64,000 nt of DNA from Myxococcota bacterium (lineage in GTDB: Bacteria; Myxococcota_A; UBA9160; UBA4427), in NCBI GenBank assembly GCA_965250285.1, contig OZ252299.1, positions 320,001 to 384,000 on the forward strand, written 5' to 3'. Numbering within the stretch: position 1 is the first letter of the stretch; every line of letters starts with the position of its first letter. Shown here piece by piece: positions 30,717 to 41,037 of this stretch. Position numbers and translations under genes: made by a program. A model generated the notes under the pieces. That model saw nothing but the letters and a program-made list of their open reading frames with translations. It searched no databases and was not told where the DNA came from.

Positions 30717-31426
30717 CACGACTCCCATGCGTTCGTTCCCGGGTTCCAGGTCAAGACACGCGACGTACCGAGCGGCATCAGCACCACGGCGTAGTCGCGC
30801 TCGCCGTTGGTCACGTAGATTCCGCCGCCCCCCTGACCGGGCAAGCCGCGACCCGTGCAGGTGAAGCCGTCGGTCGTGTAGAGGCGCGGGATGCCGTCGG
30901 GCTCGAAGTAGATGGCCCATGAAGAGACGAGCGGGTTCCGGGCCGCCGTCGAGAAGCTGGTGCCGCCGGGGACGCTGCCCGCGGCGACGCCGAAGTCGTT
31001 GGGTGCGACGCGGCCGTTCGCGAGGGTGTTCGTCGTTCCGAAGTTCACGCCCTGGCCGAAGTCGAAGTCGTGGACGACGTCGTCGAGACCGAACACGCAG
31101 TTCGAGTTGGAGGGGCGATCGTCTCGCGCGATGACGATGTCGGCGGCGGCGGGGGCCTGTCCCTGGCGGAACACCACGATGTGGTTCTCGCCGGTGCGCA
31201 TCGCTTCGCCGCGCGCGAGCATGAAGGCGTCGGCCACGGATCGCGCCGCGTCCTTCGCCCGCTGATTCTCGGCCCACGAGCGGACGCTGAAGGATGTGAT
31301 CCCGATCAACGAACCCGCGACTGCCAATACAATCAAGAGTTCGACGAGCGTGACGCCGGAATTGTGACGTGATGCACGCAAGCCACCGTCTCCCATTCCC
31401 AAGAGCGCGTCGCACCGTTGCGACAA
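30716..31426 (-). CDS. FimT/FimU (GspH-like) minor pilin
   Basis: NSG/VTLVELLIVLAV; ARGEAMR; FEPDG; start uncertain (31426 or 31396). Confidence 0.82.
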   Translation of the reverse strand: MSQRCDALLGMGDGGLRASRHNSGVTLVELLIVLAVAGSLIGITSFSVRSWAENQRAKDAARSVADAFMLARGEAMRTGENHIVVFRQGQAPAAADIVIARDDRPSNSNCVFGLDDVVHDFDFGQGVNFGTTNTLANGRVAPNDFGVAAGSVPGGTSFSTAARNPLVSSWAIYFEPDGIPRLYTTDGFTCTGRGLPGQGGGGIYVTNGERDYAVVLMPLGTSRVLTWNPGTNAWES

Positions 31427-31597
31427 GCCCGCCCCACCAGTGATAAAGTTTCGGCACAGGTGGGAATTTCTTGAGGATGTACGGGGGGTTGGGAAACCCG
31501 ACGGGTTTACCCTGAGTTGCCGCGCAAGAACTTGCGTGGCGACCGCCAGTTTCGTGCGGTGGGAGCGGAACCGAGGCGTGCCGTTGGAACTCGGTGC

Positions 31598-33076
31598 TCA
31601 GGCGGTGGGATCGAAGAGATCGACCATCCGCGGATCGAGGCTGGCGGCCCGGGCACGCACGCGCGCCCAGTCCCGCAGCTCCTTGATCGAATCCTCGTAC
31701 GTGTCGTAGAGGGGCACGGTCTCTCCGATGGCGTTCTGCAGGTCGACGTCGGTGACCTCGCGGTTCTCGGAGAACGCCGTGTAGAGCCCGGCGGCGACGA
31801 CCTGCTCGAGCTCGGCCCCCGAGAGGCGCTCGGCCTCGTGCGCGAGCATCTCGAGATTGAACTGCATCGGGTCGCGGCCGCGCTTCGCCAGGTGGATCGA
31901 GAGGATCTCGATGCGCTCGGGCGGCGTCGGCAGGTCGACGAAGAAGAGCTCGTCGAAGCGACCGCGCCGGAGCAGCTCGGGCGGGAGATGACTCACGTCG
32001 TTGGCCGTGGCGACGACGAAGACCGGCGCCTGCTTCTCGGAGAGCCAGGTCAGGAACGAGCCGAACACGCGCGCGGCCTTCGGATCATTGCCCGAGGCCG
32101 AGAAGCCCTTCTCGATCTCGTCGATCCAGAGCACGGCCGGCGCGATCGACTCGGCCACCGCCGTCGCCTCCCGAATCGCCGCTTCGGGGCTCTGCTCAGT
32201 GCCGGAGAAGACCGAGGCGAGATCGAGTCGCAGCAGCGGGAACTGCCACTCGAGCGCCACGGCCTTCGCACACAGCGACTTACCGCAGCCCTGGACGCCG
32301 AGCAGCAGCAGACCCCGCGGCGAGGGCAGACCGAACTGCCGTGCCTCGAGGCCGAAGGCGCGGCGGCGCTCGCCGAGCCAACGCTTCAGCTCTTCCATGC
32401 CACCGACCGTCTTCATGCTCTCATCGGTGTCGTGGTAGGTGAGAGAAGGCGTGCGGCGCAGCGCCTGACGCTTCTCGCGGGCAATGTGCCCTGCAGTCTC
32501 GATCGTGAGGCCGCCCGTCAGCTGACAGGCCTTGCGCACGACCCGCACGGCCTCGGCGGCCGTCAGGCCGAGGGCCGCGCGTACGGCGGCCTGGAGCGGC
32601 TCGGATCCGGCTTCTGCGCCGACCTCGGGCACCTTGGCGAAGAGCTGCTCGAGCTCTTCGGCTCGGGGCAGGGGCAGTTCGACGTGGCCGGCCTCGCGCT
32701 CGAGCTCGAGGGGCAGCTCACACACGGGTCCGATGAACGCGAGTGTCTGACGCTTGCGGTGGAAAGTGGGCAGCAGATCGCGCACCAGGCGGACGGCGCG
32801 ATCGTCACCGAGGAGCCGCTGAGCATCGAGCAGGGCGAAGACGACGGGCTCCTCGATCGAGGCCATGCGTCGAAGGCCGGCGCACAGGTCGTCGTCGGTC
32901 GACTCGTGACCGGCCAACCCGCTGGCGATCGACCACGTCACCATCTTTCGCTCGGCGCCCTTCGCGGCGCGTTCGAGCACGCGAAGCCCCCGATCCTCCT
33001 CGAAGGTCTCGAGGGCGACGATGCGCCAGCCCGAGCGCAGCAGCAGGGTCAGCTCGGAGACGACAGCCTGGCTCAT
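31598..33076 (-). CDS. Ycf46/SpoVK-like AAA+ ATPase
   Basis: Degenerate N-terminal AAA module; GVQGCGKS Walker A, LWIDEIEK Walker [13 protein letters not shown]. Confidence 0.9.
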   Translation of the reverse strand: MSQAVVSELTLLLRSGWRIVALETFEEDRGLRVLERAAKGAERKMVTWSIASGLAGHESTDDDLCAGLRRMASIEEPVVFALLDAQRLLGDDRAVRLVRDLLPTFHRKRQTLAFIGPVCELPLELEREAGHVELPLPRAEELEQLFAKVPEVGAEAGSEPLQAAVRAALGLTAAEAVRVVRKACQLTGGLTIETAGHIAREKRQALRRTPSLTYHDTDESMKTVGGMEELKRWLGERRRAFGLEARQFGLPSPRGLLLLGVQGCGKSLCAKAVALEWQFPLLRLDLASVFSGTEQSPEAAIREATAVAESIAPAVLWIDEIEKGFSASGNDPKAARVFGSFLTWLSEKQAPVFVVATANDVSHLPPELLRRGRFDELFFVDLPTPPERIEILSIHLAKRGRDPMQFNLEMLAHEAERLSGAELEQVVAAGLYTAFSENREVTDVDLQNAIGETVPLYDTYEDSIKELRDWARVRARAASLDPRMVDLFDPTA

Positions 33077-33179
33077 GAATCCACCGTTCCCATGGGCGCG
33101 AAGGCCCGTCTCGTGCGTTCGCCGAAGCGCGCGTAGCGCGGGCGAGCCCTCGGCCCGACCGGCAGCACGGCTCCGTCTC

Positions 33180-35084
33180 TTATCCGTTGTCGGCCGTGAT
33201 GCGCACGACCTCTTCGAACGTGGTCAAGCCCTCTGCGAGACGCCGGATCGCACACTCCCGGAGGCTCTCCATTCCCTCGATGCGCGCCGCGTCGTTGATC
33301 TCGTTCGCGTCTTCGCCGCCTCGAATCAGCTTCTGCACGCGCCGACCGACCTCGAGCATCTCGAAGACCGCGATCCGGCCGTGCAGGCCGGTGTGTCGAC
33401 AGTCTGGGCAGCCTTCGCCGAAGCGCACGGGGAGCTGTTCGCGCCGCTCGACCGGGATCTTGATGCCGAGTGCGCCGACCTGGTCGGGTGTGAGGTAGCC
33501 ATCGACCCCGCAGCTCGGACAGATCTTGCGCACGAGGCGCTGGGCGACGACGCCGCGCAGCACACTGGAGAGCAGGAAGGGCTCGACGCCGAGCTCGGTC
33601 AAGCGCGTGACGGCGCCGGCCGCGTCTCGCGTATGGACGGTCGAGAAGACGAGGTGGCCGGTCAACGCAGCCTGGACGGCCATCTTGGCGGTCTCGCCGT
33701 CGCGGATCTCACCGACCATGATGATGTCGGGATCCTGACGCAGGATCGTTCGCAGGGCCTGGCTGAAGCCGAGCTCGATCTGTCGCTGCACCTGCACCTG
33801 GCTGAAGCGAGCATCGATCAGCTCGATCGGATCCTCGACGGTCGTGATGTTGATCTCGGCGCCCGACAGGTATCGCAGCGTCGAATAGAGCGTGGTGGTC
33901 TTGCCCGACCCCGTCGGGCCCGTCACGAGGATCAGGCCCGAGGGCGAAGTGATCCAACGCTCGAACTTCTCGCGCTCGTTCGTCGTGAAGCCGAGGTCGT
34001 GCAGCTCGGCCATCAGTACGTTCGGATCGAAGACGCGAATCACGACCTTCTCACCGAAGGCCGTCAGCATGCTCGACACGCGCAGCTCGACCTCGCGGTC
34101 ACCCCGGTTGGTCTTGATGCGACCATCCTGGGGGCGACGGCGCTCGGCGATGTTCATCTTGGCGAGCACCTTGACCCGTGACGTCACGGCGCCATGGACC
34201 GAGAGGGGCAGCTTCTCGATCTCGTGGAGGATGCCATCGATGCGAAATCGGATCGCCGCGTGATCGGGACCCGGCTCGAGGTGGATGTCCGACGCGCGCT
34301 GATCGAAGGCGTATTTCAGCAGGTAGTCGACCGCTGCGACGACGTGTTCGTCGCTAGTGGCTTCGAGCTCGGCGTTGCTTCGCAGCTCGACGAGCTCAAC
34401 CAGAGCGGTATTCGCACCGTGCCCTTCACTGAGCTCTTCGTTCGCTTTGTCGACCTTCTGCTTGAAGCCATGCACTCGCTCGATGATCGCGAGGATGTCC
34501 TTCTTCGCGCTGACGACGTACATCAGCTCGAAGTCGAGCATGTTCGAGAGCGACTCCTGAAGCGTGCTGTCGAAGGGGTCGGTGATCGCGAGCGTCAGGC
34601 GGTTCGCCTCTCGTGAGACGGGCACGACGACATGACGATGGGCGAAGGCCCGTGAGAGCGTCGACGTGATCAGCTTGTTGTCGAGCTTCAGCGGGTCGAG
34701 CTTCTTGTACGGGAACATCGCTGCTTCGGCGATGCACTCGGCGATCGTGTCTTCGTCGATCAGGCGCCGCTCGCGTTTCGCGTTCGGCATACAGGCGGCC
34801 ACGACGATCTCGGCGGCGCTCACGTCGTACTTCGCGGCGGCCTGAGAGCGGACCGATCCGACCTTCTCTTTCAGCACCTGACTGCGCAGGGTCATCGTGC
34901 GCGACTCGATGTCGGCGCTCTGACTCTCTTCGATCAGACCCGCATGGACGAGCAGCTCGAGCAGCTCGGTGAGGTTGAGGGGCGGCCGCAGGTCGTCGGA
35001 GCCGGCGAGATCGCGCAGGGCGCTCGGCTCGGGCTTCTTCGCGGGCGGCTTCTGGACGCGGCGCTGGGGAATCTGCTCGGACAT
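33180..35084 (-). CDS. GspE/PulE/PilB family secretion ATPase
   Basis: RASDIHLEP, PQDG, GPTGSGKT, TVEDPIE, LRQDPDIIMVGEIRD, CPSC/CPDC zinc site. Confidence 0.93.
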   Translation of the reverse strand: MSEQIPQRRVQKPPAKKPEPSALRDLAGSDDLRPPLNLTELLELLVHAGLIEESQSADIESRTMTLRSQVLKEKVGSVRSQAAAKYDVSAAEIVVAACMPNAKRERRLIDEDTIAECIAEAAMFPYKKLDPLKLDNKLITSTLSRAFAHRHVVVPVSREANRLTLAITDPFDSTLQESLSNMLDFELMYVVSAKKDILAIIERVHGFKQKVDKANEELSEGHGANTALVELVELRSNAELEATSDEHVVAAVDYLLKYAFDQRASDIHLEPGPDHAAIRFRIDGILHEIEKLPLSVHGAVTSRVKVLAKMNIAERRRPQDGRIKTNRGDREVELRVSSMLTAFGEKVVIRVFDPNVLMAELHDLGFTTNEREKFERWITSPSGLILVTGPTGSGKTTTLYSTLRYLSGAEINITTVEDPIELIDARFSQVQVQRQIELGFSQALRTILRQDPDIIMVGEIRDGETAKMAVQAALTGHLVFSTVHTRDAAGAVTRLTELGVEPFLLSSVLRGVVAQRLVRKICPSCGVDGYLTPDQVGALGIKIPVERREQLPVRFGEGCPDCRHTGLHGRIAVFEMLEVGRRVQKLIRGGEDANEINDAARIEGMESLRECAIRRLAEGLTTFEEVVRITADNG

Positions 35085-35305
35085 GACGCATCGCTTATCG
35101 GCAGCCGGCGAGAAATCCCAATCCTCCCGGTCGCGCATCGGCTGCAGCGCGGTGCAGTGACGCTGAACGGGTTCCGCTGGCACCGCGCGAGTGCGGGCGC
35201 AGGCGACACCGGGTCGAGGCTACGGGCGGCTCGCAGCCGGGGGCGGAGGTGGGCCCTGCGCTGGGCGCCGGGCCGGCGCGGGCGCCTTCGACGGCGCCGG
35301 CGCGC

Positions 35306-36298
35306 CTAGAGCGTGCGCATGCTGATGTAGGCGACGTAGATCGCGAAGAGGGCGAAGCCCTCGTAGCGAATGATCACCTGGCGGTGGGTGTTCGAAGTGA
35401 GCCAGAGGGCCAGTGTCAGAATGGCGGTCGCTGCCAGGTCGAAGTGGGCACTCTGCGGAAACTCCATCGGTTTGATGGTCGCCGTGATGCCGCCGATCAG
35501 GAGCGTGTTGAAGATGTTCGAGCCGACGATGCCGCCCACCGCCATGTCGACGGCTTTCCTGCGTACGGCGAGGATGGCCGCGACCAGCTCGGGGAGGCTC
35601 GTCCCCACCGAGACGAGGGTGAGGCCGATGATCACCTTGGGCACGCCGAGAATCGTCGCCAGACTGACCGCCGAGTTGACCGTGAAGTCGGCGCCGATGC
35701 TCAGCCCGATCAGGCCCGCGATCGTGAGGCCGATGTCGCGCCCGATTCGGGGGGGTGTGTCTTCGTCGGGCAAGTCGGCGTTGGCGATCAGCGGCGAGAT
35801 GTCGGCTTCTCGGAAGCCCGCCGTGCGCTGTCGGCTGAGGTCGCCGACCGTGTAGTAGAGAAAGACGATGAAGAAGAGCAGGAGGATCAGTCCATCACCG
35901 CGACTGATCGTATCGACCGGGCCACCGAGATCGGTGTCGAACCCCATGATCGCGAACGCCAGGGTGGCCAGCAGAAGCATCGGCAGCTCGCGGCGCGTGA
36001 CGACGCTCTGGATCGGGAGCGGACTCAGGAAGGCGGTCAGGCCCACGATCAGCCCGATGTTGGCCATGTTCGAGCCGAAGATGTTGCCGAACGAGAGCGC
36101 GCCGGTGTCGTTCAGCGCCGCCTTCACGTTCACGAAGAGCTCGGGTGCGCTGGTGCCGAAAGCGACGACGGTCAGGCCGATCGCGAGCGTCGATACGCCG
36201 AGCGCGCGGGCCAGCTGCGCGGCCGACCGCACGAGAAGCTCCCCCCCGCCGACGAGAAGGATCAGGCCGAGAGCCAACCATGCGAGCTGGGTCCACAT
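35306..36298 (-). CDS. Ca2+/Na+ antiporter (YrbG family)
   Basis: Two alpha repeats: GTSAPE...GSN and GTSLPE...GSN. Confidence 0.92.
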   Translation of the reverse strand: MWTQLAWLALGLILLVGGGELLVRSAAQLARALGVSTLAIGLTVVAFGTSAPELFVNVKAALNDTGALSFGNIFGSNMANIGLIVGLTAFLSPLPIQSVVTRRELPMLLLATLAFAIMGFDTDLGGPVDTISRGDGLILLLFFIVFLYYTVGDLSRQRTAGFREADISPLIANADLPDEDTPPRIGRDIGLTIAGLIGLSIGADFTVNSAVSLATILGVPKVIIGLTLVSVGTSLPELVAAILAVRRKAVDMAVGGIVGSNIFNTLLIGGITATIKPMEFPQSAHFDLAATAILTLALWLTSNTHRQVIIRYEGFALFAIYVAYISMRTL

Positions 36299-36564
36299 CG
36301 CGACGAACTCTAGCAGCACGTTCGAGGCCCCGGCCCTGCCCGCGGCGCGGAAAGTCGGCTCGGCGAGAGCCGGCACGGCGCGTGCACATGGCTTCGAGGC
36401 CGCAGCCGATGGGCTCGGCGCCGGTGTGCCCCGGAGCGTTGACTCCGACGCGTTGCGGCGTGATGTTCTGCGCGTCACCCGACCGCTGAATGGCGCCTTC
36501 GCGCCTCGCACTGCAGGCGGCGGGCGCGGCCCGCTCGCCGTCGCCGCCGCTCGAGGACCCTCGC

Positions 36565-37326
36565 ATGTCGACCCGCTACGAGCTGCGCGATGGCGCGGCC
36601 TGGATCACGCTGGCCTCGCCAGAGAATCGCAACGCGATGACCGACGCCCTGATCGGCTCACTTCTCGACGATCTGACCCGGGCCGAGGCCGACCCCGACG
36701 TGCGGGCGATCGTGTTGACGGGGGACGGCCCCGCGTTCTGCGCGGGGGCCGATCTGAAGAACCGGGGTGCCGGGGTCCTGGATCAGCAGGGAGCCGAGGC
36801 GCCGCTGGTGCGGATCCTGAAGATCCTTTGGGAGGGCGCGAAGCCGACGATCGCCGCCGTGAACGGCCACGCGTTCGGCGGCGGTGTCGGGCTGGTCGCG
36901 GCGTGCGACATCGCCCTCTGCGCCGACAGCGCGCGCTTCAGCTTCAGCGAGGTTCGCATCGGCGCGATTCCGGCGATGATCTCGGTCGTTTGCATCCCGA
37001 AGATCGGCGCGAACCAGGCGATGCGTCTCTTTCTGAGTGGCGCGCGCTTCGATGCGCATGCGGCGCAGGGCTACGGCCTCGTGCACGAGGTCGTGCCGCT
37101 CGACGGGCTCGAGTCGGCCGTGCGGCACGAGCTGGCCGAGATTGCGAAGGGTGGTCCGATCGCCGTCACCGAGGCGAAGCGATTGGTGCGCGCCGTTTCG
37201 ACCTCGTCGATGCAGGCCGGCTTCGACTACGCCCAGCGAAAGATCGCCGAGATCTTCGCGTCGGACGAAGCGGCCGAGGGGATGGCCGCGTTCAGCGAGA
37301 AGCGTCCCGCCGCCTGGGTCGAGTAA
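36565..37326 (+). CDS. enoyl-CoA hydratase/isomerase (methylglutaconyl-CoA hydratase-like)
   Basis: FCAGADLK, AFGGGVGLVAACD (first Glu absent), SEVRIGAIPAMIS. Confidence 0.85.
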   Translation: MSTRYELRDGAAWITLASPENRNAMTDALIGSLLDDLTRAEADPDVRAIVLTGDGPAFCAGADLKNRGAGVLDQQGAEAPLVRILKILWEGAKPTIAAVNGHAFGGGVGLVAACDIALCADSARFSFSEVRIGAIPAMISVVCIPKIGANQAMRLFLSGARFDAHAAQGYGLVHEVVPLDGLESAVRHELAEIAKGGPIAVTEAKRLVRAVSTSSMQAGFDYAQRKIAEIFASDEAAEGMAAFSEKRPAAWVE

Positions 37327-37394
37327 GGACGGCGCGTGGCGCGCTCGCGGTGCCGCGCCCGGGAACGCACCGCGTCGTCTGCGACTTTCGAGCC

Positions 37395-38732
37395 TCAGTG
37401 CGTGGCTTCGAGTCGCTTGCGCCGCTCCCGCACGCGCATCGGCACGCCGCCCTTGGGCGCCAGCGTGACGTTTCGGCGCTCCGTCGCCGGCGCCTCGCGT
37501 TCGAGCAGCTCGAGATCGAGCTCGTTGAGGATCGTCGCGAGCGCCAGCGCCATCTCGTGGAGCGCAAACGACGCGCCGAGGCAGCGCCGCGCGCCGCCGC
37601 CGAAGGGCAGGTACTCGAACGGCGTGAAGCGTCGCTCGAGGAAGCGCTCGGGAAGAAAACGGGACGGCTCGGGAAAGGTCTCGGGGTTCGTGTGCGCGAG
37701 TGAGATGCTGGCGCAGAACCCGGCGCCCGCCGGCACCTCATAGCCGCCCAGCTCTCGGTCGACGGCCAGGATCCGCATCACTTCGCTCAGGATCGGATGC
37801 ACACGGAGTGTCTCCTGACACACGGCCTCGAGGTAGGGCAGCTCGGCGATCGTCGCGGGGTCGAACTCGGGGCCCACCGAGTCGATCTCGTCGCGCAAGC
37901 GCGGGAGGACGCCCGGCGTGCGGTGGATGCGATCGAGCGCCCACGAAAGGGCGATGCCCGTCGTCTCATGACCGGCGGCGAGGAAGGTCTTCAGCTGCGA
38001 CGCGATGAATGCGTCGCTCGGTTTCGTGCCGTCTTCGTACTCGAGGCAGAGCATCTGCGATAGCACGTCGTCGCGCTCGGCTGCGACGGGGCGAATGCGC
38101 TGGATCTGCTCGAGCAGGAGCGCATCGGCGCGGCGATTGACCCTCTGAAAGTGCGCCCACGGCCCCCGACCGAAGAACTCGCGCTGCAGCGGCTTCGCGA
38201 ACAGGAAGAGCGGGCTGAGCGCGTTCATCGTCGCGAGGATCGCCTCGTGATACGTCTCCATGCGTTCGGGCTCTTCGACGCCGAACATCGCATCGAGGAT
38301 CACGTCGAGTGAGATCGCCTGCGTGAGCTGCATGGCGGTGAAGCAGTCGCCCGCTTCGAGTCGGGCGACGCGACGGTGGGTGGCCCGCACCATCATCGGC
38401 CCGAGCCCGCGCATGCGCGAGCCGAGGAAGGGCGGGCCGAGCAGCCGGCGGTCACGACGATGCTCGGGGCCCGACTTGATCAGGATCGCCTGGGCGCCGA
38501 TCAGCGGCGCCAGCACCTCGTTGCCAAAGGGCAGGTAGTCATCGGGGTCGGCCGTAAAGATGTCGCGAATCAGATCGGGACGACCTGTCGTGATGAGATC
38601 GCCATTCAGTGCGTTGATCCGGAACGGATCACCATGGGTGTTGCGCCACTGTTCGATGACGTCGGGGCCGCCCGTCATCAGGCGGTACGTCGTCCACCAC
38701 TTCGAACGCGGACCGGGGGGCAGGTCAGCCAT
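37395..38732 (-). CDS. cytochrome P450 (CYP110/CYP135-like)
   Basis: AGHETT, ETLR, FLPERF, PFGGGARRCLG heme Cys. Confidence 0.93.
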   Translation of the reverse strand: MADLPPGPRSKWWTTYRLMTGGPDVIEQWRNTHGDPFRINALNGDLITTGRPDLIRDIFTADPDDYLPFGNEVLAPLIGAQAILIKSGPEHRRDRRLLGPPFLGSRMRGLGPMMVRATHRRVARLEAGDCFTAMQLTQAISLDVILDAMFGVEEPERMETYHEAILATMNALSPLFLFAKPLQREFFGRGPWAHFQRVNRRADALLLEQIQRIRPVAAERDDVLSQMLCLEYEDGTKPSDAFIASQLKTFLAAGHETTGIALSWALDRIHRTPGVLPRLRDEIDSVGPEFDPATIAELPYLEAVCQETLRVHPILSEVMRILAVDRELGGYEVPAGAGFCASISLAHTNPETFPEPSRFLPERFLERRFTPFEYLPFGGGARRCLGASFALHEMALALATILNELDLELLEREAPATERRNVTLAPKGGVPMRVRERRKRLEATH

Positions 38733-38876
38733 GCGCCGACTCCTTCGTGCGAACGAGGAAGGCGAGCGGCACGTGCCTGCTCGCCACGCGTCGAGTGTCC
38801 GCGGCGGGCCGAGGCGTGGGAAATGCATCGGATCGCTGCGCGACGCCGCTGCGGTTTCGGTGGCGCCCTAGACGCA

Positions 38877-38904
38877 GCAGGCCCGCCGAGAACGGCGGGC
38901 CTGC
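38877..38904. terminator. perfect 12-bp GC hairpin between the two P450 genes (possible terminator or stabiliser)
   Basis: GCAGGCCCGCCG-AGAA-CGGCGGGCCTGC; no U-tract. Confidence 0.5.
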
Positions 38905-38971
38905 CTGGTGGCGCAGCGCGATGTGGCGCGTGGGGGCGTTCGGACGCCGTTCGCACGCGGGCGAGAGAGGC

Positions 38972-40204
38972 CTACGCCTCGGGCGTGAACTTCACCTTCA
39001 TCTCGCAGCACGTCCGCACGAGGGCCGAGGGCTTCAGCACGGGGCCGTCGCTCGCGTAGGCCATGTCCGGCATGCGCTTCAGGATCTGCTCGAAGGCGAC
39101 GCGCAGCTCCATGCGTGCCAGGTTCGCGCCGAGGCAGAAGTGCGTGCCCATGCCGAAGGCGAGATGCTGAGGGTTGCGATCGATGTCGAACTTCTCGGGA
39201 TCGTCGTAGCGGCGGGGATCGACATTCGCGGCCGGGTACATGATCAGGACCTTGTCGCCCTGCTTGATCGGCTGGCCTGCGATCTCCGTATCCTGGGTCG
39301 CCGTTCGTCCGAAGGAGTGAATCGGCGACACGAGCCGCAGCATCTCTTCGCACGCCTGAGGGATCAGCGACGGGTCCTCGATGAGACGCTGCCGCTGCTC
39401 GGGGTGCTCGATCAGCAGGGCCATGCCGCCCGAGAGCGCGTTTCGCGTCGTCTCGTTGCCCGCGACCATCAGCAGAACGAGCATCATGACGAGTTCGTCG
39501 TTCGCCAGGGCGTTCTGCTCCTCACTGAACTCGATCTCTTCGATCAGCTCGGTGCGGCCGAAGTTGCCGAGCACGCCTTCGTCCTTGGCGCCGACGAGGA
39601 TGCTCACCAGATCGTCCTGCGGATTCGCACGCCGGTCTTCGATGATCTCCTTCGTGTAAGCCGAGTACTCCATGAAGGCCTTGGCCGCCCTGGCCATGAT
39701 CTCTGGGTTATCGAAGTTGCCGTCGCCGGCGATCATCGCGTCACTCCACTCGTGGAAACGCTTGCGGTCCTCTTTGCGAATGCCGATCATCTCCGCGATC
39801 AGCAGTAGGGGCAGCGGGACCGCGATGTCCTCGACGAAGCAGCACTCGCCCTTCGCCGCCACGGCGTCGATCGCATCGTTGGTGATCTCGAGGAAGACTG
39901 CTTCGAGCTTCTTGACCATCCGGGGCGTGAAGCCGCGGTTGATCAGCTTGCGCAGGTTGCCGTGCTTCGGCTCGGCTTCGTCGATGAGGCCCAGCTTGGC
40001 CGGGTTGTTCGGGCGCACGCCCTCGGCCGATGTGAAGAGCTCTTGATGCTTCGAGACGTACTCGACGTCGGCATAGCGTGTGACGACCCAGACCTGGTCT
40101 TTCTCCGACCAGTACACCGGGGCGTGATCCTGCATGTATTGCAGGCGGGGCCGCATGTCTTCGTCCCAGCTCGAGGCGGAGAGAAAATCGACGTCGAGAT
40201 CCAT
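38972..40204 (-). CDS. cytochrome P450, CYP142/CYP125-like (candidate steroid side-chain monooxygenase)
   Basis: ELFTSAEGVRP, RKLINRGFT, AGNETTR, EEMLR, HLAFGMGTHFCLG; AAGGAG RBS. Confidence 0.9.
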   Translation of the reverse strand: MDLDVDFLSASSWDEDMRPRLQYMQDHAPVYWSEKDQVWVVTRYADVEYVSKHQELFTSAEGVRPNNPAKLGLIDEAEPKHGNLRKLINRGFTPRMVKKLEAVFLEITNDAIDAVAAKGECCFVEDIAVPLPLLLIAEMIGIRKEDRKRFHEWSDAMIAGDGNFDNPEIMARAAKAFMEYSAYTKEIIEDRRANPQDDLVSILVGAKDEGVLGNFGRTELIEEIEFSEEQNALANDELVMMLVLLMVAGNETTRNALSGGMALLIEHPEQRQRLIEDPSLIPQACEEMLRLVSPIHSFGRTATQDTEIAGQPIKQGDKVLIMYPAANVDPRRYDDPEKFDIDRNPQHLAFGMGTHFCLGANLARMELRVAFEQILKRMPDMAYASDGPVLKPSALVRTCCEMKVKFTPEA

Positions 40205-40247
40205 GGTGGGGGGCTCCTTCTGCGTCGCCGCACGACGCAGTTTCAGT

Positions 40248-40952
40248 TCATTCATCGGCGGACCGTGGGTCCGACTGTTCGCTCGACACGAGCAGCTTCA
40301 CCAGCTCGCCGAAGAATTCGACCTGTCGTCGAATGGTCTCCGGCGAATCGGGTTCATCGCCCGTGAGGATTCTCAGAAGGGGAGCGGTCGTGAAGTGACC
40401 GATCAGTAGGTTGTAGAACGCGAGCAGAAGCATCGGCCGTTGCTCGGGCTTCCAATGGCTTCCTGCACTCACCTGCTCGAGTGCTGCCGCTCCGCCGACG
40501 AGCGCGGGCTGGACCGATTCGTCGAGTACGAGTGCGAGTTGTTCGCCGCCCGAGAGCAGCTCGTACTGCAGCAGCTTGGGGATGTTCGGTCGAGCGCGAA
40601 ACACATCCATCATCGACGCGATCACGTGCTGCGGCTCGCTCGAGAGCCGGCCATCGTTCACGCCTTCGAGCACGTCGGTGATCGGCGCGATCGCGCTCGA
40701 GAGCACGGCCTCGTAGAGCGCCGACTTGCTGTCGAAGTGGTTGTAGAGGCTCGGGATGCGAATGCCGACCCCGTTCGCGACGTCGCGCAGCGAGGTGCCG
40801 GCGTAGCCTCGTTCGGCGAAGGCGGCCTCGGCGGCGCTGAGGATCCGGTCGCGGGTCGAGGGGCCCTCGGCCGCACGACGCACTTCGCCCGACCCGGCTC
40901 GGGCGGGGGCGGTTCGAACGTCGGGGGTGAGCGGAGACGGCATCGGGGGCAT
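40248..40952 (-). CDS. TetR/AcrR family regulator
   Basis: TRDRILSAA..FAERGY.GTSLRDVA..VGI..PSLYNHF.SK. Confidence 0.92.
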   Translation of the reverse strand: MPPMPSPLTPDVRTAPARAGSGEVRRAAEGPSTRDRILSAAEAAFAERGYAGTSLRDVANGVGIRIPSLYNHFDSKSALYEAVLSSAIAPITDVLEGVNDGRLSSEPQHVIASMMDVFRARPNIPKLLQYELLSGGEQLALVLDESVQPALVGGAAALEQVSAGSHWKPEQRPMLLLAFYNLLIGHFTTAPLLRILTGDEPDSPETIRRQVEFFGELVKLLVSSEQSDPRSADE

Positions 40953-40977
40953 CCGGTCGCGGGGCAGCGAGCGTGCT

Positions 40978-41037
40978 AACTAACGATCGCTAGGAACTAA
41001 CAAACGCTAGTTTCGGTCGATCGGCGGCCCAAGTCAA
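40978..41037 (-). promoter_or_regulatory. sigma70-like promoter with tandem putative TetR operators
   Basis: Minus strand TTGACT (41037-41032), 17 bp, GAAACT (41014-41009); boxes CTAACGATCGCTAG (40980-40993) and CTAACAAACGCTAG (40997-41010). Confidence 0.65.

Noticed and set aside
31430..31597. Sigma54 promoter for the minor-pilin operon
   Set aside because: The region is AT-richer, but I found no correctly spaced GG-N10-GC TGGCAC/TTGC consensus on the minus strand
22586..35084. Genomic island or mobile element carrying the pilus genes
   Set aside because: No integrase, transposase, tRNA or flanking direct repeats, and codon style resembles the neighbouring genes
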